From NCBI GenBank assembly GCA_964187785.1, contig OZ076413.1, forward strand, positions 25,420,001-25,484,000: a stretch of DNA of 64,000 bases, written 5' to 3'. Positions 12,601 to 22,554 of the stretch are shown here, piece after piece. How positions within the stretch are numbered: position 1 is the stretch's first letter; each line of letters starts with the position of its first letter. The translations under genes and the position numbers were made by a program. Source of the stretch: Amphiscolops sp. MND2022 (lineage: Eukaryota). A model generated the notes under the pieces. The model was not told where the DNA came from, did not search any database, and was given only the letters and a program-made list of their open reading frames with translations.

Positions 12601-14294
12601 TCGACTCACCTTTCACCAGCCAGGTAGCCGGAACATGCGAGAGGCTACACTTGCCGAACGAGAGACGGTGCGTCGTCATACCTGGCTTATAAGGAACACC
12701 ACCGAAGTCCACATTCTTTGAGAGCTAACGAAAATGATGAAGCAGATCGGAGATCAGCCAGCAGTACGCTCCGTGCAGCGGACGATTCCGCAAATTTGTT
12801 TCGCTGCTCGAACGGAGCCATTTAAACTCCCAAATGGCTTGAGAAACATCATCCTTTTATACGAAGCTATCAACCTCAAGGTCGACACTGAAGCCCGTGC
12901 CATTACCTATGCGCACTGGTACCAAACCCTATTAGTCGGTCCAACAATGTCGGAAATATCTCGGTATCTATCACTTCCCATTGAAGCCGTTGCCACTAGC
13001 CTTGGCTTAGGCTGGAATCCGGACATCCCCCTGTCTGAGTTTGATCTTACTGACCACCAAGCACTTAAATTGATGGAGACCTTGCCGAAATGACTGTTGA
13101 GGAGTTGTTGTCGCTAGTCTTATCGGTGGGCCCTTCGAAGTCCTCTGGTGTTATTGATTGTCTTGTCTTGTGACCTGATTATGTTCAACACTTATCTGGT
13201 CCTGGCTGAGGGACAACTTTGTAGCCTAATTCGCTGGGGGCACATCCTGTGTAGCCATGACAAGCAGGACTACATTGCGCAGTTCGAGAGGCTGCGTGCC
13301 TATTTGCAGCACTGGCTATACTCATTCCTTATCTATGCGTCAGTTTTTGTCGGAGTCGACCAGGTGCATCCATTGCATGGTCCAGAGTGACAGTTGCCCT
13401 GGAATACTACAGAATTCCTCATGCCGTAGCAGTTCGCTGACCTGACACTTGCCGATATCGATGACCCAATGGTGGTCTTCGCGAGCTAGCACCCGTGTGG
13501 ACCCAACTTACACTTTTAAGCGTATCACCATCCCGAATTGCTATGGGAAAGATCCATTGAGATGGGCGCATGCCCGTTCAGCTATGCGCGCGCCCAATCA
13601 CCTTCAACACCAGTTGCAGCACTTGGATCTAGCTAAGGTTCCAACTTGGATTGAAGGTGGCGCTCAGGTGCGCCAGAGGAATCTGAAGTGGCGTATCATC
13701 CCTACCAAACAGCCCCAGGGCAAGATGAAAATGTCTGTTGATATGTCTCTGCCAATGCAAGATGTCATTAACGCTGTTTTGGGCGCCCAAGCCCCTGCCG
13801 ATTGGGAGGAGCAGTAATTGAAGCTCGAATCTGCCGGGTTCGCTTATTGGAAAAGAGCTTGCGAACTGTGGAGACAACCTGGGTTCTGTACCGAAGTCCA
13901 CTGCCAGAGCCGCTCAGAGACTGAAAGACAGCAGGCGTTGGCGCCTACCAAGGTCATGTCCCTCGACCAACCAAACTCCTTTGCCACGCCATCACTATCT
14001 CAGAAACTGGCTGTCGAGTCAATGCGCCCGCAAGCACCAGTAGTTCCCGAACTTACAAGAGAACATACCGCAGAGTTAACATCCAATGCCGCACTACTGC
14101 AGCCGATTAAAGATTTGGCTCTGACCGAGGAAGTCCCAGACACGGAAACCGTGGTCTCACTCAGTAGAAGAGCCTCTGCCTCCGAGGCAAAAAATCTGCA
14201 AAACAAGGAGAGCTTTGAGGGAAAAGCAGCTAAGGAATATACCAGGCATGGTTCCGTACAAAGAACGGTGTCCTGGAGCGTTCGCGCTCCTTAA
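9696..14294 (+). pseudogene. Large extra ORF2 downstream of pol (env position), unknown function, with SGNH-hydrolase-like domain at ~11960-12560
   Basis: Chain of ORF fragments (9696-9977, 10136-10438, 10383-10775, 11071-11346, 11431-11676, 12151-12354, 12734-13093, 13148-13390, 13449-13817, 13818-14294) whose peptides match in order the minus-strand fragments at 53508-58229. Starts MSTAWHFTL after a ~250-bp spacer behind the pol stop. Confidence 0.75.
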
Positions 14295-15017
14295 GATTGG
14301 AACTGATGTCTCACAAACTCCAGAACTGGTGCCAAACTTTATGCCAATTGCATAGGTGCTAGCAATGCTACCAAAGTGCAACTCTTTGTTAATTCAGTTA
14401 TATACTTTGTTATTTTGTTGTTCCTTTTTTTCTGCAGTGGGTGTACGGCCATTGAGTGCCCCTGCCCCACCTGCTTACATTCAAGAGAGAAAAGAAACCA
14501 AGATACGAAAAAGTACTGATACTTTTGTTCTCCACCGTTCGCGGCGTCTCTGAGTCGCCATAGCTTGAAACACAGCATTAGTTTCAGTTGAGTTCTAGTT
14601 TTCTGTCCTGTTAATTCTATCGACTGTAGTGTTTGTCGCAGAGACCAAGCGCTCCCGGAAAAGTTTTGAAATGCCTCAAACCTGCAAACAATGCTCGAGA
14701 ACAAAACTGGATAAAAAAATTTGCGGGCGTTTGCTGCAAAAGAAGTTTTAGACATGAAGAACTTTTAAAAACGACTTTGAAACTGCTGAAAATCCTAGCT
14801 TTCGAGCTGGTGCTAAAAAATTGACCTTAATTTTGTAAACTAGGCAGTGAAAACGTTACGTAGGTAAAAAAAATTGCCAGAAACAAGCCGAAAGGCAAGG
14901 ATTCGTCCTTGTCTCCTCATGTTTGAACTACGGCTCTCAGCAGACAAAGCAAACTAGTTCCAGGACGAGGCCCTGTGACGCTTACCGGGGACGACGAGCC
15001 AGAAGCCCAGGGAGTGA

Positions 15018-15727
15018 TGTAACTTCCGAAATCACAATTTTCAAAAACAAAATTCGTTTTAATCTGACGTGGCCGCTTGAGCATGTTTGGAGCAAAATAC
15101 CTGCCTGAATCAGTCCCAAACGACAAAGCTAGCCGCCTGCGCGAGAATGCGAGAAACTAAACCAGCAAAAAGAGCAGTTATTTGCGTGTATTTTCAAGGT
15201 AATTGGTAGTTTTTGAGAAGATTTCACTTCTTTTCTAGTAGAAACCTGTAAATCCGAATGTCTGCCTAAAATCCCTGTTGGTGCCCTGTGGAGTTACTAG
15301 CTCGAGCGATGGGTACTCCCTTTAGGTCTTGCCCATTTTCAAAATGGACAAAACGAACTCGAGCTGTGTTATTTCATGTATTTGTTTGCGTAGTTGAGAT
15401 TTCATACGCTCGAGAGCTGTCTTATAACATTTGTGCTTCTTTGTTATTGGCAATTGATCAAATTTCCCAGATCTATGGTTTAAATTCAAATAAATCTTTT
15501 GGCCCCTCTTTAAAAGGATAATTAGCCAGTGGTCTTTGGTACAAGAATTATGCAGGTTATTTTTAGCAGTTAAAGGCCGGGACCAGGCCAGAGAGCATCC
15601 TATAAGACGGTTCCCCCTCCTTGGGACTGGAGGCAAATTGAGCTAGGGATGAAGATCTAAGTCCCGGACCACATTCAGAGTTTGTCCTCTTCCAGGTTTC
15701 CGTTAAGCGCTAGCGCTTGTCGTTACC
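15018..15727 (+). repeat. 3' LTR copy 2
   Basis: TGTAAC start preceded by purine-rich CAGGGAGTGA (PPT-like); ends GCTTGTCGTTACC. Confidence 0.85.
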
Positions 15728-16273
15728 AAGGGTTCAAGCTTTGCATCGAAAATGGAAAATTTCATTTCTAGAGACAACTATGTAGGACTATTCCGTTCTC
15801 TTTTGCTTGAAAAAGTGTAAAATGTTTTATCTGCTGGGCAGAAATGTCCTGAAGTTTGAAATTCTTTCAGAGACTGGCCTGCTAGAGTTGTTTGTATTAC
15901 AAGCAATGATGACCATTTATATTGTTATAAATGATTTTTCAAAATTTAAAAGACTAAAAACGATTGCGAAAACTTGAATTATCACGCAATTGTAAACCAG
16001 TCTCAAAAAGAATGTCGATTCTTGAAGGTATTCATTTGAGGTGGCTTTTTCGGTCGGACGACATGAAAGACGCCTTGGAAAAACTACACTGCGCAGCTGC
16101 TGGTGATGATACAAAACAAAATATTCTTCCTCACACAATTTGCACCAAGTCTGGTGAATTTGAAACTCAAACATTGTTTTGTTAGTGTGCAAACACGCCT
16201 CAAATTTGAATCGAGTATCAATCTTATTGACACTTTATTTGACGCAAAAAATAACGTTGCCGATAATATAAAC

Positions 16274-18183
16274 CAGGGGTGCCTATAATTTATTTGCCCT
16301 CCATTTTTCGAAATTTTTCAGCTGCAATCCATTATTTGGAATAGAAAAGCGGCGGTCTTCCATTTCCCCAATAACGGCTAGTAATGGTAAAATCATTTCC
16401 CGTGTTTTTATGTGTTGACTCCTGATTGGTTAATTCGAAAGGTAACATTACAAATGTTGATCGTAAAATCACAACAACTCAAACTAGGAATTTAAATCGA
16501 ATATTCGAATAAACTAGAGACTGATTGCGAGCGAATACCGCTTTTTCCGCGGTCTGTCCAAACAGGTGACGGGGAATCCCTTTTTGCGAAGATGGGTTGA
16601 TAGAAGTGATGGTGGTAGCAAAAATCATATTAAACTAGCGTATAACTAATGTATGACGAAATTTTCGTTTCTGTCTTAACTTTCGTTCAGCGCCTTCGGA
16701 GTCACCTCTCCGTTCCAAAATGCATTGTTGACTATCGAAAAATATTTATTTTAGATTCATGGGCAGCGGCTTAAGTGTAAGTAAATGTAGCAGAGCTAAA
16801 GAAGCGTTCAACCAGTTTTGACGTCGGTAGCAGGAAGTGTAACGTCTGGTAAACAGATTTAACGACTCTTTAACCGTTCTCCTGCGTTTCAATGGATTTG
16901 TAGCAGAATCGCCGTCTTCTTGAGAATCGTCTATTGTAGTAACTTCAACATTACAATTCTTCTTGAGCATTTCCATAGATTCGCACTCAGACTTCGTAAG
17001 TGTGCTCTCTTCGCTGTTTTGTATTTTAACGATTTCATCTATTTTTTGAGACTGAATGAAAAATGCTGGCGTTTTTGCTGCAGTACGGATCAAACTTTCG
17101 AAACTCACTTATCGCCTAATCGAAGATAAATTGGATATCGGAATGTCGATTATCATTTTTCTGCAAAGATTTTGTTTTGCTGTCCAACTATTGCAGTTCA
17201 TCAAGTAAACTTGTCACTCCGTGCTTTTCGCTAGGTGAGGCAATCAGATCGGCGATCGTTACTTAATCGTAAACTGTAGATGACGCGATGATAGGCTGTA
17301 TTTGAAGAAAACGAGATAACATGGCATTGGTACGAGATCACCTTATACCGTTATTCCGGATAGGGCATCGATCAGTCAATCGTCCCAATTGTCTTGCCAA
17401 CTTGAGTGTTGTGAGTTTTCTCGACAGAGAGTTTGAAACAAAAGCGAAGTTTTCTGCTAACTGTGATACTATGATGTTTTCGGTTTTCTTGGTGACTTTT
17501 TTCATATAACATTTTAGCGTAAAACCTGTGATTGAATCCAATCTGATAAATTCATGGGTAAGGGGCGTTTCTACAATCTTGGATGGTTTCATTCATAAAC
17601 ATCCATTTTAGTCATGAATAGGCTCTTTGCTTTTATTTACTAATGATACAAGGCTGTGATAAATCGTTTTAATTCGAATAGCTAGGGTGTGCTGATGTAA
17701 TGTGATTGAATGAACTTGAGTATCCCTTGCTGGCTTTCTGAACAAGTGCCTTGTTGCATATGCACCTCCACAGATCTTGTTCACCGTTCACGTTTGTGAA
17801 AGAACGACGTCTAACTGCTTTTGGTGTCATGTCAGCCTTGGCGTATTCCATTGAAACATTGTAGTGAAAGAATAGCAACTATAGTGTTTGAGAGGTGTAT
17901 ATAAAAAAAACATGGGACGTGGGTAAAGCGGGAGGCAGATTTTCTCTGATTGGCTGATCATTATTCAAATGCAACGTTCTGTGTGTTACATGTAGAGCAC
18001 AAGTAAAATGCTTATTTGCACAATAAATGCGTTCGTAAACAATTCGTCACAAAAAGTGCCATTGATGCAGTTAATGGCATCCTCTTTCCTCTATTCTTCT
18101 TTTTTCGTAAATGCCTGCAATCCATTAATGGAAAGACAAAATGGTCAAATAATGGTTGGGTGAATTGATTTTAGGCACCCCTG
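16274..18183 (-). mobile_element. Defective hAT DNA transposon, left copy
   Basis: TIRs CAGGGGTGCCTATAAT at 16274 and ATTTTAGGCACCCCTG ending 18183. Flanks ATATAAAC / ATTTAAAC match 7/8 as an 8-bp TSD. Confidence 0.9.
16676..17830 (-). pseudogene. hAT transposase, internally deleted and frameshifted
   Basis: BED-finger-like WRCICNKALVQKASKGYSSSFNHITSAHP, then IVETPLTHEFIRLDSI...SQLAENFAFV (region of the first catalytic Asp, degenerate), FESLI..KIQ and NPLKRRR. The C-terminal dimerisation motif is clearest in the right copy. Confidence 0.8.
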
Positions 18184-18375
18184 ATTTAAACTATTGTAGT
18201 TTGTAGTGTAACGTCATTTTAGCAGCGTCCAAACTAGAGCTGGGATAATGCCTAGGTTGTTTTGACAGGTGACCATGGTCTTACTACAACACCAGACGTC
18301 AGTTTCTGACCGCCTGCCCCTTTGGAGAGATGTATGGAATGAAATGATATCACAGTTGGTAAAATGAACAATCGG

Positions 18376-21300
18376 AGTAGTAAATGTACGTGGCATTATT
18401 TGTGGCGGGGGTTGAGTGATTAACAAACACGGTCATAACCGGGATTCCAAAATGAGGTCATGATTGCGACACGATGACGTAACCGAACGTCAAAAAATCT
18501 GGCTCACGCAGAGCCGACTAGAAACCGAAACAAAATTACACAACCTTGAAAACACGAGCCTGAAAGTTTTTTTGTTGTTATTTAGGGCAATGAAAGGACA
18601 ATTCCTTACCTTTGCATGCTGAAAAGTAATAGGCAAAATGGAAGGAGTAGTTTGTTAATAATGAAAAGGAAATGGGATCAACAAAAAAGTCTTTCACCTA
18701 CCAACGTTGAAATGAATGTGATTCTACTTACTTTCTCTTCATGCTAGTGACCTTTATTGATGCGTGATTTGTATGGATAAAAATTCCCTGAAGTTACCCT
18801 CATATGCGTAATGGATAACAGTCTTTATCGCTCCAACCATCAATCACCAGAAGTATCTCTACCTTTAGATTACGCCATATTTTTACACCGAGTTACATGA
18901 AAATGTGATCTAAAAATTGTGAAAAATGCAAAAAATATGATGAAAAAAGGTGGTGAATTGCTAGAAAAAGATGAATATTTCTCATGTTTATATCACTGAA
19001 AGAGTTTTCACAGTGTTGAGTTCTGAAGTACCCGACTGCTTGAGTTTCATCATCAGAAATTCAGAACTGCTGGGATTCAAGTTTCGGTTAAATAGTGTTG
19101 TACCGTGTAATACTTTGAAAAAAGGAGGAGTTTTTGAAAAAAATTTCGCAAAAAAGTCGCAGAGTGCCAAAAAGAGCAAAATCACATCTTCGCTTGCGTT
19201 AAGTCTTCGCAGACAAAGATTTCCAGCCCCAAGCAGACATCGAACCGACGACTGTTTGCTTGGTAAGTGTGCATGGCTACTGGTTTTCAATCTTGGGGTT
19301 TGAAAACTGTAACAAGACGGGAACGTGTAGAATCGGCGCTAAATCTACAGCTCAAAATTATTGATCATACGCCTCCTCCCTCTCAAACGATCCCAAATTA
19401 CTTCGGCTATAACGTCAAAGACTCGAAAAGTTATTGAAACAAATCTTTGTCGGTACATATCGACAAAACTTAATTTCTGAAGTGAAGAAGTTTTTGAAAC
19501 AGTCTCAAAGTGCCGAAAATGTAAGAATGAAGACACTTTGGGCTTTTTAAACTCCAGTTAGTTGCAAAATATCAAAACAATTCAAAGGGGATCATTAAAG
19601 ACGAACAAAAACTTCGAAAAAAAAGTCGCGCAGTGCCGAAATATTTCAAAGGGGGGACCCTACATTCGCGTCCGGTTTTGTATTTTAAGTTTCTACGTTT
19701 TAAAAAGAAAAAGTGGAAGGGGGGGCTTTGCACTATCTTAGATGCGTTTCCGCTTGCCGGTCCTGTAATTTAGTAGTTCTGTAAAAAATGCGCACTGCTT
19801 ATACAATCTCTGATGAAAAACGAGAAAAAAATTGTTACTGTATTAGTCGTGCTTTTTTCCTCTGGAGGACAATGAGCTGACTAAAACCGGACCATTAGCA
19901 AACTTTCTCTTATCAAGAAAAATTTGGAAAAAAATTATTTTTTCGTAGTTGAGAACGTTTTCTTGTAAAGGCCGAGCAGTTCCGACAGCGTTGACAGCTT
20001 TTTGGAAGAAGTGATATTTGAGGTTTAATTCTGTGGATAACTAACTTTGATACAACGAAGGCAAGCAAGTCCTCTCAGGACAAAGTGAAATTTATCATGA
20101 TTACCATTTGGTCTGAAAAAATGTTCCCGAATGTAAAATTGACATCGAGTGTATCGATACTTTGGAAATCTGTACTTCATCTTCAGTTCATTTTTCGTGA
20201 AAATTTTTGTATGGTGAATTGAATTGGAAGTCGAACCTTACGTTGTTGAGCTATTGACAGATATTAAAGTTCACGATTTTGAATTTTTCATATTCGAGTC
20301 TGTTTCGTTTTATCGTTTTGCACAGGTAATGTTCTCTTTCAAAATCAACGATTGTTACAATTTTTGATTGACCTAATAACCAACCAGATATGATGTGATT
20401 AAGAGAGTTGTAAAAATTGTGTTCTCATTCTTCTTTCAGGTAGTTTGGAAAATCTCCAAAAGACTTCCAAAACGAGTCTAGAACTTCATTTGTTGCTAAA
20501 ACAAAATTAGGAATTGTGGGATTGGTGCTTGCCAGCCATAACAATGATGAGATAATAGTGCTGGACCTCACTGTTGTTGCGATGATGAATCAAATTCGTT
20601 TTGGTTCAAGAAAGTAGTTGATTGAACGAGTTATTATAGATGCATGTTCTTCATTGATTAAAAGACCTCCGAGAATCAGACGGTGAGATGAAGTTGTATG
20701 TGAAACAAGACATTGTTGTAGACAATTCAAAAGAACTGGAATCACAATCAAAGCTTCTTGTAATAAAGTGGAAGCTTTTCAAAAACTTTTAAAAGGTTTT
20801 AACAACAAAGTTGTTCATTAGACGCAACCCCTATTTTCCAAGAAAAATAATTGATTGCAGTAAAAAGCTAAAAAACCTGAAACACAGTACATAAAACCTC
20901 AGAAAACAAGCACCCTGCAAAAACCTTCAACCGATGAACAACGTGGTGAACTTGGAATTACCTGCATTGAAACATGCCTAAATTCTACAATACAAGAGAA
21001 GCTAGATATATTTTTGAATCAAGATAAAGTAGCCAGAAACGATTTTGAGAGATTAGAAAAACTGAGTATTGAAAGTTTATCTTTTGAAATGATTAAGTTT
21101 GGAAACTGTTTTGAATTAAGATCTGAAAGTTTGTGTTATACAAAATTATTCGACGCAGGAGATTATGAAGTTAAATGGTTTGAGTCTTTTGTTTTTAACA
21201 GGATAAAATTATCCAAAGGCAGCATGTTTTTCGTTGTTAAAGCAAGTACTGTATACTCACTGTGCTTCTAACTAAACTTGTTGTTTTGTTTGGTCTTTTC

Positions 21301-22554
21301 AATCGGTTTCAAAACTTCTGTTGCGTACACATCCTGATAAACTAATCTTCCAAATAGAGGAAACATTGTTGAAACATTGATTTTGAAAAGAAATCAAAAG
21401 ACGAAACCTTCACATTTGATACCAACTGTAAGATTCCCAGAGTAAAGTATCAGAGATTAGGAAGTTCAGAATTCTATAATAGATTTTACAAATTCACTAA
21501 AGAGCTAACACCCTGAAATTCGTTCAACCGAACAACAATTTGCTGTTTTTGGACTAAGCCAAAAATACTGTTAAATGCTGCAAACATGTGGAAAACCTAC
21601 GATTTAAAAGCTGAAAAATCCGTGCATATTTTTTTGAAAAGTTTTAGAAACAAAAGTAACAGCAACTTAACTTCAAAGAATAAAACTGTTTTTATTGTTT
21701 TACCTTTTGAACTGAAGCATTTATCGAAGGTGGTGGTTTACAATTGAAATTGATTGTTTTGTAAATATGTTCAATCCAAGTAAATATGAAGGAACTGATT
21801 TGAATTTTTTTTGAATAGCACAACAAAGAACACCGTGTAAAAAACAGCAACCTCTTTCTTTTGCTGTACAAGCAGATACCACATAATTTCGACTACAATT
21901 TACATTTTCTCGAAGTTTTGTAACTTTCCATTAGATTTCAAATATGAAACAAAAATTTTTTTAATAAGTTGACCAACCTTAAGAGAATCCAAGATACAGC
22001 AGGGAAGCTTTAATTATGAAGAATGAGATTTGCAATTTTCAAAATCAACCTATATTGCTTTGTTAGACTTCTAAGTTCAACAACTTCAACTTCATGTTAC
22101 TTTCATAAAAGAAAAAAGGGCAAAGCAAAAAAGATTCCTAGGAACATTTACAAAACATAATATCAAACATTCAAATTTTTGATCAAACAAGTCAAGCAGA
22201 AGAACAGAGTGACATTTTCGGAAGTCTGGTGGAAGCTGTTGAGTTTGCTAGAACGGAATTATCAAGAATCGAGGAGGGATTTAAAAAATCACTTTCATTG
22301 GCAGAGAACGCATTCGAAAATCATAACATAATAGCTGCAATCTCACACGATTCTGGAAAGTTTGATTATAGAAAAGTCATTAGACGGTAAAAAGTCATTG
22401 AAATCTGATTTTGTTGGTTCTCCAAAGTTTATCAATCAACTTTCGTTTATACCACACAACCTGTAGCTGTAATGATGCTGACACTTGAAAAAAACATAAC
22501 GAAGCAACATTGATGGTTAAAAAAGGAACGAACAAAAGAGCTAGGAAGAACTCA
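18376..22554 (+). repeat. Long inverted repeat arm M1 (four copies in the window)
   Basis: Homologous to 25500-29262 (-), 38828-42295 (+) and 45360-49508 (-). Carries a ~500-bp segment (18822-19323) shared only with the 45360-49508 arm. Confidence 0.9.

Larger units (their letters stand above)
2509..15727 (+). mobile_element. Ty3/gypsy LTR retrotransposon, left copy (keeps gag, protease and extra ORF2; RT/RNase H/integrase deleted)
   Basis: Direct ~700-bp LTRs at 2509-3207 and 15018-15727. Gag with CCHC knuckle and DTG protease. Internal sequence is colinear with the RT/IN-bearing inverted copy at 52065-64000. Confidence 0.9.

Noticed and set aside
9696-14294. ORF2 as a classical envelope glycoprotein
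   Set aside because: No signal peptide, furin site, fusion peptide or C-terminal TM anchor was found.
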